Assembly (NCBI GenBank): GCA_963789955.1
Contig: CAWBMV010000020.1
Span: 32,001 to 96,000 of the forward strand
Direction: 5' to 3'
Source: an uncultured Candidatus Rokubacteria bacterium
Lineage (GTDB): Bacteria > Methylomirabilota > Methylomirabilia > Rokubacteriales > CSP1-6
DNA: 64,000 nt
The notes under the pieces were generated by a model. The model searched no databases. It worked only from the letters and a program-made list of their open reading frames with translations, and was not told the DNA's origin. Numbering within the stretch: the stretch's first letter is position 1; each line of letters starts with the position of its first letter. A program made the translations under genes and the position numbers. Below are positions 17,872 through 28,157 of the stretch, in pieces.

Positions 17872-18116
17872 AGTCACCCCTAGTCACCACGCCTACGCCG
17901 CGTGGGCGTTCGAGCGCACCAAGGGCCGGATCGCTCCCAACTCGCTCGCTTGCGCCTTGTTGAGCGCCTCCCACGCCGCCTCGTTGTCGTCCATCGAACG
18001 GATCGGCCCGTCCGCGATTGGCAAGTCATGGGAAATCCCGATGCGCCTCATCGAGCCCTATCTTTAGGACGAAATGCCTATTGATTGGATAAACCGATAG
18101 GTGATCCTAATGGAGT

Positions 18117-18356
18117 ATGGCGCCAGATGTGGTCCGACAGCTCATTCGAGACCGGATCGACAATGGCAGCCTTCCATGTGATCGCACGATTGAGCTGTGG
18201 CACAGGCTCGGCTTCGGGCAAACCTGCGATGGTTGCGGCCTGGCGATCACGACGACTGACTGGATGCATCTAGTTTGCGCCGATGATTGGAGAGCGATCC
18301 GTCTACACGAGGACTGTTTCGTGTTCTGGGAGGAAGAAAAGCGCACAGCAGCATAG
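18117..18356 (+). CDS. Family U zinc-binding protein
   Basis: IRDRIDNGSLP..GFGQTCDGC..LHEDCFVFWEEEK; RBS GGAG. Confidence 0.7.
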   Translation: MAPDVVRQLIRDRIDNGSLPCDRTIELWHRLGFGQTCDGCGLAITTTDWMHLVCADDWRAIRLHEDCFVFWEEEKRTAA

Positions 18357-18493
18357 ATCAGTTTGTGCTGTCTTTCTGGTTCAACGCCGCCCACGCCGCC
18401 CGCCGCGTCGCGTGCCAGGGCGTGCGCTCCCACCCGGTGCCCGTCGCGCTCGTGGGCGTTGGACACGGACAAGCGTCCCGCACCGAGGAAGTC

Positions 18494-18868
18494 TCACTCT
18501 CTGACCCGTTCGTATTCGGCCCTGCCGGTCCGAAAGTTGGGGTCTTCAGGTATCAACGAGAGTACGGTCTTGCCTTTGTCTTCTGAAACGCTCGCGGTAC
18601 CTGTCGTTCGCGACGAGCGATATCGCAGCTTGCCGTCTTGAAGATAGAACGCACCCTCGGTCGTCGAGCCACGCGTGGTCGAGGCTTTGTAGCTTCCGTC
18701 CGCCGAGACAATCATCGTGGCGCGTTCGTCTCCCTGGTCTCCGGTGACCCAGCCCCGCCAACTTCCCGCGAGTTCCTTGACGTCAACGATCTGCTTCTCT
18801 CCCGCGACCCCACCAAGCGGAGACAGTACGACCACGGCAACAAGAAGTAGAGCCAGATGCATCCTCAT
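18494..18868 (-). CDS. Secreted beta-barrel-like hypothetical protein inserted inside an X gene
   Basis: RBS AGGAG, signal peptide, ELAGSWRGW; X N-terminal half at 18905-19011 and C-terminal half at 18383-18460. Confidence 0.7.
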   Translation of the reverse strand: MRMHLALLLVAVVVLSPLGGVAGEKQIVDVKELAGSWRGWVTGDQGDERATMIVSADGSYKASTTRGSTTEGAFYLQDGKLRYRSSRTTGTASVSEDKGKTVLSLIPEDPNFRTGRAEYERVRE

Positions 18869-19014
18869 CGCTGATCTCCTTATTCGTCTGGTGAAGGTTA
18901 CACGAGTCCCTCCAGGTGCGTAGGGCATGGAGAGCGCGGTCGCAGGAAGCCATGGAGTAGGTCGCGAATCCAACTACTGACCCGCAGAAGCTGGCCGCGT
19001 TGGTCAAGCACGCG

Positions 19015-20001
19015 CTATTCGATCACCTCGTCGGCGCGCAGCAGCAGCGACGGCGGGATCGTGAGGCCGAGCGCCTTGGCGGTCTTGAGATTGATCACCA
19101 GCTCGAACTTGGTCGGCTGCTCCACGGGCAGGTCGGCGGGCTTGGCGCCCTTCAGGATCTTGTCCACGTACGCGGCGCTGCGCCGGTAGAGATCGAGAAA
19201 GCTCGGCCCGTAAGACATGAGACCCCCGGCCTCCACACTCTCCCTGACGCCGTATGCTGCCGGCAGGCGGCTCCTGGCTGCGAGGTCTGCGAGCCGTGTT
19301 CGGTGGGAGTTGAATATCGCATCTGACAGTACGAGGAGGGCTCCCACGCGCTCTTTGGCCATCGCCGCGAATGCGCCGTCGAACTCGTTCGGACCTCGAG
19401 CCTCCAGGAGTTGAAGCTGCACTCCCAACGACCGGGCCGCGACGTTCACTTCTCTTATCGCGAGCTGGTGGTACGCATTGGCCGGGTTCGAGAGGATGGC
19501 CACACGGCGGATCTTGGGGACGGTCTCCTTGAGCAGCTCCAGTTGTTTGGCGACGATTTCCAGGCCGGCGTAGCCGGACACCCCTGTGACGTTCCCGCCC
19601 GGGCGCGCGAGGCTCGCGATGAGCCCGGTGCCAACAGGATCGCGAACGGCAATCATGACGATGGGGATCGTCTCGGTGGCGTTCTTGGCTGCCGTCACTC
19701 CTTGCGTCCCCAACGATACGATGAGGTCCACCTTGAGCCGGACCAGCTCGGCCGCCAGGTCGGGCAGCCGGTCGACCCGACCCTCCGCATATCGATAGTC
19801 GATGACAATATTCTGGCCCTCAACCCACCCGAGCTCGCGCAGCCCTTGCCGGAACGCGTCGAGCAGGGGCGGCCTATCGGAAGGGGACGTCACGCTAAGA
19901 AAACCTATCCGAGGCACCTTTCCCGCCTGCTGCGCGTCGGCGGCGAGCGGCGCAAGAGCGAGGCCGAGAGCGAGAACGACCGCGAGCCCGATCAGCCGCA
20001 T
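19015..20001 (-). CDS. Orphan ABC substrate-binding protein
   Basis: Same family and leader as 10804-11784. Confidence 0.9.
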   Translation of the reverse strand: MRLIGLAVVLALGLALAPLAADAQQAGKVPRIGFLSVTSPSDRPPLLDAFRQGLRELGWVEGQNIVIDYRYAEGRVDRLPDLAAELVRLKVDLIVSLGTQGVTAAKNATETIPIVMIAVRDPVGTGLIASLARPGGNVTGVSGYAGLEIVAKQLELLKETVPKIRRVAILSNPANAYHQLAIREVNVAARSLGVQLQLLEARGPNEFDGAFAAMAKERVGALLVLSDAIFNSHRTRLADLAARSRLPAAYGVRESVEAGGLMSYGPSFLDLYRRSAAYVDKILKGAKPADLPVEQPTKFELVINLKTAKALGLTIPPSLLLRADEVIE

Positions 20002-20219
20002 GGTGCACCTCGGTGGGGGATGGCTGGCGGGGAGTCTAGCCGAACGCCGCGACGCGCACCAGCAGCGCGCCGCGCGAGCGCGTCATCCAGACGCGGGCGC
20101 CGCGACGTATTCCATGCTCTCTACCGCGACGCTGAGAACAGGCAACTTCACGTCCCTAAGACAAAGAGGCGAATGCTCCCTTCGCATCGGTACTTAACCG
20201 GCCCAGAAGACAACCCTGC

Positions 20220-20426
20220 TCAACGTTTGCACAGTGGAGCAGCAGGGGTAGTGAGTTGGAACGCGCGTATCTGGAACGCGGCGAGCACGTGAGACGGTGA
20301 GCGGAACGTTAGGATCGCGTGCTGGTCGCGCTCCGTGAAGCGTGGAGCCCTCGGCCGGCCGTTCGGGTTGCCGGATTGACCCGGTTTCCAGGGCCGCAGA
20401 TTTCTGAGACTCGCCGCCGTTGGCAT
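20220..20426 (-). CDS. DUF5681-like motif protein or fragment
   Basis: NLRPWKPGQSGNPNGRPR. Confidence 0.55.
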   Translation of the reverse strand: MPTAASLRNLRPWKPGQSGNPNGRPRAPRFTERDQHAILTFRSPSHVLAAFQIRAFQLTTPAAPLCKR

Positions 20427-20602
20427 CAACTCCGAGAATACGAGCGAGCGCCCTCGGGGGCGAGGAGTAACGTGCATTGCTCAGGCGGGTCCAACCCGAG
20501 CACATGGGTATGCTGAGCGCGTCAACTCAAGCTGTGCAATGGCAGGTGGCGGATCAGCCACACCCCGCATTCTTCAGACGTGTGAGTCCGCGTCCCGTTA
20601 GG

Positions 20603-21154
20603 ATGAAGCGCATGAGACCGGCGGGGTACTTGCTCGCCGTCGTGCTCGGCCTCGCGGTCGCGGGTTGTGCGACCTCGTTCACCCCAGAGCGCGTGCGGAG
20701 CGAGATCGCGGCACAGACGGGCACGGACCCGCAGTACGTCTTCGAGATCCAGCTCGGGCGGGTGACGATGCGCATCATCCAGACTGCGCTCTCCGGCGGC
20801 GGGAGCTCCCTGCCGCTGGCCGGGCTCACGGGATTCGACCTCGCCTTCTACGACGTGCCCGCGCTCAGCCCTCAGGGTGCTTCGCTCGACTTCACCAAGA
20901 TGGCAATTCGAGGCTGGGAGCCCGTGGTCCGCGCGAGACAGCCAGGGTACTCCGTGCTCGTGCTCGTGCGCGAGGGTCGCGCGACCATCGATGACCTGGT
21001 CCTGCTCGGCGCAGGCGGCTCGAGTGCGATCTATGCGCGCCTTAGAGGGACCCTGAGCCCCGACCTGCCGCGCGCCCTCGGCGACGCCTTCCAGAGCCGG
21101 GGCCCCGAGGGTCTCCGGGACGAGCTGGTGGGGGAGCTCACCCGTCCGCGCTGA
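20603..21154 (+). CDS. Lipoprotein
   Basis: Lipobox LAVAG-C after basic and hydrophobic N-terminus. Confidence 0.7.
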   Translation: MKRMRPAGYLLAVVLGLAVAGCATSFTPERVRSEIAAQTGTDPQYVFEIQLGRVTMRIIQTALSGGGSSLPLAGLTGFDLAFYDVPALSPQGASLDFTKMAIRGWEPVVRARQPGYSVLVLVREGRATIDDLVLLGAGGSSAIYARLRGTLSPDLPRALGDAFQSRGPEGLRDELVGELTRPR

Positions 21155-21305
21155 ACAGCCCAGTGCGACGCCCAGTGGGCTCGATCCGCTCACCCCAACC
21201 CGAGGCCCTCGCCCTTGGGTGCGTTGGTCACGGGGGAGGAGCTCGCCACAGCACAGGAACGTGCGCCGGTTCATCATTCGATGACCTGATCCGCTCGCAG
21301 GAGCA

Positions 21306-21551
21306 CCTGCCATGAGGGCGATGCCCGCAGGAGCGTGGCCACCGTTCAGCCTCTCGCCCACGCCCGCTGGCTAACGACAGCGAAGAGAACTAGACTCTGT
21401 CTGGGCTGAACAAGCCATGCAGCAGCTGGCGGTACCCCGGCTCGTCTTCGGTGGAGCGGTTGCCGCGCATTGCGGTAGGGCTTCGCGTGGCGTCCCGTTC
21501 GCGGGTCGTCCTGAGCCGCAGTCCACTGAAGCCGTGGCCGTCCAGCCTCCC
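21306..21551 (-). repeat. Element T copy 1 (~245 bp, apparently non-coding)
   Basis: Inverted homolog of 30330-30574 with a 60-bp identical core. Confidence 0.8.
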
Positions 21552-21662
21552 GTTAACCTCGGTCGGCTCCTCAAGATCGGTCTCGGGCCAACGCTCGGGG
21601 GACTTCTTGAGCCTTCCGCTGGAGCGGTGATTACGACTTTCTGCGAGAAGGAGGTGAACTGA

Positions 21663-21914
21663 ATGAAGAACCTGATGATGGCTCTCGCGATGGTGGGCTT
21701 GGTGGCGGGGCCGGCGTTCGCCAACCAGTGCCCCAGCCTGATCAAGCAGATCACGGACGCGACCACGGGCAAGACCGACCCCGCCTCCAAGAAGGCGGTG
21801 GCTCTGGCCAAAGAGGCCCAGGCACTGCACGACGCCGGCAAGCACGCCGACTCGGTCAAGAAGGCCCAAGAGGCTGCCGCGGCGATCAAGCTGCAGTTGA
21901 AGATGAAGGAGTAA
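21663..21914 (+). CDS. Small secreted helical protein
   Basis: RBS AAGGAGGTG, signal peptide PAFA|NQCP, LHDAGKHADS; downstream hairpin. Confidence 0.8.
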   Translation: MKNLMMALAMVGLVAGPAFANQCPSLIKQITDATTGKTDPASKKAVALAKEAQALHDAGKHADSVKKAQEAAAAIKLQLKMKE

Positions 21915-21924
21915 TGCTCGAACT

Positions 21925-21968
21925 TTCCCGGGGGTTAACCCGCCCCCGGGGAACTAAATTAATTTAAT
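21925..21968 (+). terminator. Terminator-like hairpin
   Basis: TTCCCGGGGG...CCCCCGGGGAA followed by an AT-rich tract. Confidence 0.55.
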
Positions 21969-22091
21969 CCGTGCTCCAGGAGGGCTCGCCGTCCTGTCGG
22001 AATAATGCGCCACCAGGGGGCGCGACGGTTGCGGTGCCGCGAGCGCCTCCCGCCTAAGTCGTCGCCGCTCTTTCTTCTTCATGCCAATGAT

Positions 22092-22355
22092 TCACTTCCC
22101 CTTCGGCCCACGCGGGTCCACGGTGTCGGGGAGGCATTGCCACCTGATGTCTGCGCTTTGTCCCTGCTTCAGCACGAGACCGGTTGCCTCAAACGCGGCC
22201 TTAATCTTTGGAGTCCAAGCGCCGACGATGTTCCCATTGACCGTGGGCGAAGCTCGAACCCACAGTACCCACGCGCACTCGGCGTGGATCGTTGCGGCCG
22301 AGGTGAGCAGGGAGAGGGTGAGGAGCAGGCCAGCGTGTCGTGCGAGTGATGTCAT
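22092..22355 (-). CDS. Family W secreted protein (short variant)
   Basis: LLTSAATIHAECAWVLW ... WQCLPDTVDPRGPKGK*. Confidence 0.72.
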   Translation of the reverse strand: MTSLARHAGLLLTLSLLTSAATIHAECAWVLWVRASPTVNGNIVGAWTPKIKAAFEATGLVLKQGQSADIRWQCLPDTVDPRGPKGK

Positions 22356-22749
22356 GGCTTCCCTTCTTCCACCTGCTCTATCTTCCTCTTCAGCGCGTCG
22401 AGATCCTGATCCTGGAATTCGAAGATCATTTCGTTGAACTCGCCCTGACGGTATTGATAGACGCCCAGACCTCAGGACCTGCAATTGGAAAGGATGGCGG
22501 AGGGTATGGTGCTCTCGGAATTTGATGGTCATGCTGCACCTCCTCGGATTCCGGAAAGAAGGATATCGCGCGATGGTGAGCTTCGCCTACTTGACCCGCT
22601 GGTTGGTCACCCCGTCTCCCCGGGCGAGCGAGGCCGATATAACCGGCCGATTCTTCTGACCACTCACTGATGGCATCCGGATTGAAGGGTCGGTCTCTTC
22701 GGCGTCGAATGCTCCCGACATTCTCCAACGCTTCACAGGAGGAACCATA

Positions 22750-23127
22750 GTGCCGGTAAGTCTGAGTTTCCTCAATCGGAGAACGATCAACAAACAAGTC
22801 TGCCGAGTCTGCCACGCGTTTGCCGAGTTGAAGACCGAACGACTGTGCGGTGATTGCACTCGAATCAAAGCGCAGGTCAGCTTGCGCTTCTCCGATGCCG
22901 TCCGCGGGACAATAGCGATTCCAGCAGAGCAGCAATGTAAACGTTCTGGCTGCCTATGCGCCGCGTGCGACGGGAGAACTCTTGATCTTCACCCGCTCTA
23001 CCTATTCGATCTTGCACGAGCAGACCGACGGGAGATCCACTTGCATCCTCGATGTCACGAGTTGTGGTTAGAGGCCGCGCGATTGGGCACCCGTCCGGCA
23101 CAAGCCATCGACATTGATCTGGGGTGA
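22750..23127 (+). CDS. Cys-rich protein with CxxC pairs and HxxC
   Basis: CRVC..CGDC..CAAC..LHPRCHELW. Confidence 0.55.
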   Translation: MPVSLSFLNRRTINKQVCRVCHAFAELKTERLCGDCTRIKAQVSLRFSDAVRGTIAIPAEQQCKRSGCLCAACDGRTLDLHPLYLFDLARADRREIHLHPRCHELWLEAARLGTRPAQAIDIDLG

Positions 23128-23165
23128 CAAGTCCGATACAGCCAACGGGAGCCGTAGGGGAGCGG

Positions 23166-23350
23166 TCATCGTTTACCCGTCTCGGTCGCTCGCTTCACGC
23201 TGACGCGCTCGTGGGCACCCCATGTCCGTAGCTCGTGGGACTCGGGACGGCCAACTCTCTGGATGCGAACGCGTGCGTTCTTGCCGCCGCCAATCGTGTA
23301 AGGTCGCCCGACCACTTCCCACTCACCAGTCTCGTCGGCAATGCTGATCA
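23166..23350 (-). pseudogene. Family V, 5'-truncated
   Basis: ADETGEWEVVGRPYTIGGGKNARVRIQRVG..RTWGAHERVSVKR. Confidence 0.7.
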
Positions 23351-23616
23351 CCCATCTGGAGTTGCATGGGGAGGATGCGAGATGTCCCGGGCGGCGGGGG
23401 TGGCGGCATACCGGGGAGTTGAGGCTGGACGGGCTTGGCCTTCGCTTTCTTCCCGGGCCGTGGCTTAGCCACTCCCCCGGCGGCTGGCCGGCGAGGCAAA
23501 CGGGACTCCTAGTGACTCGCGATCCATTTGAATAGTCGGATGTTTGTGGAGGGGCGGCCACTGGGCCTCGACGTCGACCGGACGCCAACCAGGGCCGAGG
23601 AAGGCTCCCTTCCTTT

Positions 23617-23841
23617 TTAGGAGCGTACGAAACGGCGACGAGCCCCCTCCCTGCGCTCTAACTGAAACCTGCCCTTCGTCTCTGGCACATACTGCCGCAC
23701 CATCATTGGCGCGCACCGCGCGTGCCAGGTGATCTCGCACTTCTCGAACTTGGACGGGCTGCCGCAACAAATCGTGATGATCGGATCTTCCGGCGCGATA
23801 ACCAAGTTGCATTTGCGGCACTTCAACACCATTACCCCCAT
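23617..23841 (-). CDS. Small CxxC...HxxC protein
   Basis: LKCRKC..ITWHARC. Confidence 0.5.
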   Translation of the reverse strand: MGVMVLKCRKCNLVIAPEDPIITICCGSPSKFEKCEITWHARCAPMMVRQYVPETKGRFQLERREGARRRFVRS

Positions 23842-24175
23842 CACCTTCTTCGCCGCAGGCTCGCCGTCCGTTCGTCGGGCGATACGAGGACGGCTCCGAT
23901 GACCTGCGTGGACCGACGCGAGCGTAGCCGATACCTCGCAGCGGAACCAGGGTCGCGGACGCCAAATACACAACTCCGCACGCCAGGTCGCTGCACGTGA
24001 CACGTGGACCGAGGTGCTGTCTCTCCCGGGGGCGGTGGAGGAAACTTCCGAGAGCAGCCGCTATGTTATGCCCGCGAGCAGGACTTTTGTGCTTCCTACG
24101 CGCTCGCGGCCGTCCTGCCCGCGCGAGCCCGGGCGCGATGGTATAAGCTGCTTACTCCAAGGAAGGGCAAACGCC

Positions 24176-25129
24176 ATGTTTGAGAACCTCAAGCAGCTGG
24201 TGCAAGGACGTTCGAAGTCGGCCGTCCGGCGGCGCTTCGACGAGCGCCAGCCGTACAACCAGGACGATCCGAATCGGGTGCTACAGCTGTTGTTCTTGAA
24301 GCTCCTTATGGCGGTGGCGGCATCCGACGCTCAGGTCACGCCCGAAGAGCTCAATCTGCTGAAGGACTTCGCCTTCGAATATTCGTTGACGGAGCAGGAG
24401 TGGGCGGGGATCCAGTACTACGCCAGCGCGCATCTCTCGAAGGCCGAGCTCGACGAGCTGATCAAAACGGTCGCATCGGAGATACGCAGCCGCGCGGATC
24501 GAGAGCAGTTCGAAGGAGCCATCAGGGAAATGGTGGCGGCGGACGGCATCCTCGGCGATAGAGAACAGGAGATCGGGGACATCGTCCACGCCGACGTGCA
24601 GCGCGTGCACGCATCGAGGGCCGCCTACGTCTACAAGACCCTGCGAGTCGCTTGGCGCAACACGCTGTCGCTGCCCGGGGCTGTAGCGGCCCTGGAGGAG
24701 GAGGCGAAGGAGTACGGCCGCAATCCTGTTGCCGCGCTGCTGCGTCGTGAGGCCGGCACCTCGTCGGGTGGCGAGCTTGCCGGCGCGAAGGTCGGCCTGA
24801 TGCTGATGGTCATGCGGTCCGACGAGTCGATCGATCAACGAGAGACGGCGGCATTCACCGAATACGTCGCGCAGGAATGCCGGCTCGGCCCCGAGCCCGC
24901 CGCGCGCCTCGTCAAGAGCCTCTTCGAGATCCCGGAAGGGCTGCTGCAGCTCGCGTACTTAGCCCGGACGCTGGTCGATGGACTGAGCGCGCCGGAACGG
25001 CAGGACTATTTCGCGCGGCTAGTCACGATCGCCCGGGCCGACGGCGTCCAGGTCTTCGAAGAGCGCCACACCCTGGGCATCATCGCCAAATACCTGTACG
25101 TCACGCCCGAGAGGCGGTCGCAGCCATGA
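24176..25129 (+). CDS. TerB-family protein with two TerB-like domains
   Basis: [24 protein letters not shown] and [24 protein letters not shown]. Confidence 0.75.
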   Translation: MFENLKQLVQGRSKSAVRRRFDERQPYNQDDPNRVLQLLFLKLLMAVAASDAQVTPEELNLLKDFAFEYSLTEQEWAGIQYYASAHLSKAELDELIKTVASEIRSRADREQFEGAIREMVAADGILGDREQEIGDIVHADVQRVHASRAAYVYKTLRVAWRNTLSLPGAVAALEEEAKEYGRNPVAALLRREAGTSSGGELAGAKVGLMLMVMRSDESIDQRETAAFTEYVAQECRLGPEPAARLVKSLFEIPEGLLQLAYLARTLVDGLSAPERQDYFARLVTIARADGVQVFEERHTLGIIAKYLYVTPERRSQP

Positions 25130-25344
25130 CGACTCCCGAGTCCGTCTACGACGTGGTGTGGCCGCTCGCCCCCTCCGCCGCGCCGCCATTTTGTAGACAG
25201 GACTCTCAAGGTGCCGAGCCCGCAGATTTGCCCGTCGAGCAGCCAACGAAGTTCGAGCTGGTGATCAATCTCAAGACCGCCAGGGCGCTCGGCCTGACGA
25301 TCCCGCAGTCGGTGCTGCTGCGGGCGGACCAGGTGATCCAGTAG
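25126..25344 (+). pseudogene. Chimera: truncated YDVVWP-type N-terminus joined to SBP C-terminus
   Basis: [18 protein letters not shown] then [31 protein letters not shown]. Confidence 0.7.
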
Positions 25345-25425
25345 CGCGTGCTCGTGCGGCGCGATGCTGGCGCGCGTCGTGGCGTTCAGCTAGACTCCCC
25401 GCCAGCCATCCCCACCGAGGTGCGC

Positions 25426-26406
25426 ATGCGGCTGATCGGGCTCGTGGTCGTTCTCGCCCTCAGCCTCACGCCTGCGCCGCTCGTCGCGGAGGCGCAGTTG
25501 GGGAAGGTTCCCCGCATAGGTATCCTGTGGGCCTATTCCCCGCCTGTCGTCTCGCCGTTCGCCGAGGCATTTCGGCAGGGCCTGCGCGGCCTGGGCTATG
25601 TGGAGGGACAGAACATCGTCCTGGAGGAGCGGTGGGCGGAAGGCAGGTTTGATCGCCTCCCTTCCCTCGCGGCCGAACTGGTCAGGCTCAATGTTGACAT
25701 CATCGTGACGGCGTCGACGCCAGCGGTTCAAGCTGCCCAGCAAGCAACCAGGACGATTCCCATCGTCATGACGCTCGTTGCCGATCCTGTGGAGAGCGGC
25801 ATCGTCGGCAGCCTCGCGCGACCTGGCGGGAACGTGACTGGGTTGAGTCTCATGCACCCGGAGGTCAGCGGGAAACGCTTGGCCCTGCTCAAGGAGGTCA
25901 TTCCCAAGCTCTCCCGGGTGGCTGTCTTCTCGAGTTCCTCCACGGCATCCTATCGAGTGGTGCTGCGCGAGACAGAGGCCGCGGCCCGAGCCCTGGGAAT
26001 GCAGCTTCAAGTCGTGGAAGTGCGCGGCCCTGCCGACCTCGACGGCGCATTCTCAGCTATTACCAGAGATCGTGTCGGTGCTCTCGTTGTGCTGCCGGAT
26101 CCAATGTTCCGAAATCAGCAAAGACGGGTCCTGGACCTCGCGGCGAAGAACCGGTTGCCGGCAATGTACTGGTCGAGGGACCTCGCAGAGGCGGGAGGCC
26201 TCATGGCGTACGGGGCGAACTTTCCTGACGTATGCCGGCAGGCCGCCGCCTTCGTGGACAAGATCCTGAAAGGCGCTAAGCCGGCCGAACTTCCGATCGA
26301 GCAGCCTGTGAAGTTCGAGCTGGTGATCAACTTGAGAACCGCGAAGGCGCTCGGACTGACGATTCCGCAGACACTGTTGCTACGGGCGGACCAGGTGATC
26401 GAGTAA
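25426..26406 (+). CDS. Orphan ABC substrate-binding protein
   Basis: Same family and leader as the other two complete copies. Confidence 0.9.
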   Translation: MRLIGLVVVLALSLTPAPLVAEAQLGKVPRIGILWAYSPPVVSPFAEAFRQGLRGLGYVEGQNIVLEERWAEGRFDRLPSLAAELVRLNVDIIVTASTPAVQAAQQATRTIPIVMTLVADPVESGIVGSLARPGGNVTGLSLMHPEVSGKRLALLKEVIPKLSRVAVFSSSSTASYRVVLRETEAAARALGMQLQVVEVRGPADLDGAFSAITRDRVGALVVLPDPMFRNQQRRVLDLAAKNRLPAMYWSRDLAEAGGLMAYGANFPDVCRQAAAFVDKILKGAKPAELPIEQPVKFELVINLRTAKALGLTIPQTLLLRADQVIE

Positions 26407-26408
26407 CC

Positions 26409-27290
26409 ATGCTCGACCGACGCAGCCGGGGGCTTGTCACCGAACATCCGCGTGGCTGGGTACTTCGGCTTGCGCTTGGCTGGGTGCTTCTTGCTGCTCC
26501 GTCATCGGCCTGGGGGCAAGAGACTGCGTTCGGACAACTTCGAGGACCGAGCCTCTGGGATGATCTCAGCTATCTGGGTCACACCACCTGGGAAGATGCC
26601 AAGACGATAGCTCTCGCACCACTCGAAATCGGCAAGGTCCGGGAGGTGACGACTGAACAACTGATCATCGCCGCGCTCGTTGTCGGCAGTGTCGGCGGCA
26701 TGATCGGCCTTGATGGCAAGATTCGCGACGCGGCACAGGGCATCGATCATGGCGCGGCGCTCACGCTTGAGAACGTTGGGTTCGGCCTGTTGGGAGGGGG
26801 GATGGTCGCTCTCTACGGGACCGGCTGGTGGACGGACGACGAGCAGAAGCGACACGCCGCCCTGACCGGGCTCGAAAGTACTGCAGTAGCGTACGGTGTT
26901 GCCAACCTAATGAAGGTCACCTTCGGGCGGGAGCGGCCGGACTCGGGCCAGGGGCCTTTAGCGTGGTTTCAGGGTGGGAAATCCTTTATCTCCGGAGATG
27001 CGACCCCGGCCTTCGCGCTGGCCGAAGCCGTCGCAGCCGGGTTCGATCACAGATGGGAAGTGACCCTTCCGGCCTATCTTGCCGCTACCGCGGTTGGCGT
27101 AGGGCGCATCGGGTTGGATCGTCATTGGGCCTCGGACATTCTCGCGTCCGCATTCGTGGGGATCGGGACGACGGCGCTGTTCAACTACATCCATCGCCAT
27201 CGTGAGCGTGAGCAGGCCACTCCGCAGATAAGCATTTCCCCGGTGCTAGGGCCGCATGAGTACGGCCTCTGCGTCAATGTCGTGTATTGA
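26409..27290 (+). CDS. PAP2-family membrane phosphatase-like protein using an X-derived start
   Basis: KVTFGRERP, SFISGDA, GRIGLDRHWASDI; begins MLDRR like family X. Confidence 0.8.
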   Translation: MLDRRSRGLVTEHPRGWVLRLALGWVLLAAPSSAWGQETAFGQLRGPSLWDDLSYLGHTTWEDAKTIALAPLEIGKVREVTTEQLIIAALVVGSVGGMIGLDGKIRDAAQGIDHGAALTLENVGFGLLGGGMVALYGTGWWTDDEQKRHAALTGLESTAVAYGVANLMKVTFGRERPDSGQGPLAWFQGGKSFISGDATPAFALAEAVAAGFDHRWEVTLPAYLAATAVGVGRIGLDRHWASDILASAFVGIGTTALFNYIHRHREREQATPQISISPVLGPHEYGLCVNVVY

Positions 27291-27408
27291 GGGAACGCCG
27301 CGTTAGGGCTGGCTTCCACGAGTGGCCTTCGGCCCTGACTGACCAACGTGGCCAACTCTTGCGTGCGGCTGTCGGCTTCGCCGGGTGCTTCCTGCGATAG
27401 GATTCGAT

Positions 27409-27765
27409 TCAAGGGTTCTGTGGTTCGGCCGGAAACCACGGGCTCACCAGGTAGATCTCGAATGCCTGGATCCGACGGCTGGGCCGCCGAATGTAGCCTA
27501 CGATCCGAACGTACTCGTTCCCGCGAAATCCGTGGTAGTCGCTCTGGCGAATGCGGTGAAGGTCGATGGTGATGGCCGGGGTGCCGTTGGCCGGTGCCAG
27601 CGCCAACGTTTGGCTACCAAAGTCAACCCAAAGGACGCGCCCGTCGATGATCAGCGGCGGCTCTGGCACGGTCGGTGGCTGGGACGCCACGTCCGAGGCG
27701 AGGATGGCCAAGAGCAGGCCGACGATGACGACGCTCGACACACGCGCCCGATGGAAGTCGTTCAT
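27409..27765 (-). CDS. Secreted small beta protein inserted inside an X gene
   Basis: Signal peptide; IDGRVLWVD..EYVRIVGYI; X pieces at 27343-27390 and 27886-28157. Confidence 0.6.
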   Translation of the reverse strand: MNDFHRARVSSVVIVGLLLAILASDVASQPPTVPEPPLIIDGRVLWVDFGSQTLALAPANGTPAITIDLHRIRQSDYHGFRGNEYVRIVGYIRRPSRRIQAFEIYLVSPWFPAEPQNP

Positions 27766-27885
27766 CGTCCCCACGCTCTCCCGGCGACAGCATTGCGAGG
27801 TTAGGCATTCCCGAGCCTGCTGCTGACGAAATCGTAGCCGATGGACTACCGTAACGGGGACGGATGGCAAATCCAGGCCATGACA

Positions 27886-28157
27886 CCATGCCCGCCTACG
27901 ACCGCGCGCTCCACGCACTGCGTTCCTGGCTCGACTCCTGGTCCGGCATCGGACACGTCGCCGTCGGCATGGCGCATCAGGGCTACGACCTCCAGCTGAC
28001 TCAGTACGACGATCGCGGCGGGCGCGCCACGTTTTACACGACCGGGATGGAGCACTCGCCGACGGGCGCGACGGGCACCGGCTGGGAACGCACGCCGTGG
28101 CACGCGACGCAGCGGGCGGCCCGGGAGGCCCTGAAGAAGGCCGCGGCTAACCCGTAG
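27886..28157 (+). pseudogene. Family X, C-terminal ~85%
   Basis: MPAYDRALHALRSWLDSWSGIGH..WERTPWHATQRAA. Confidence 0.8.
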
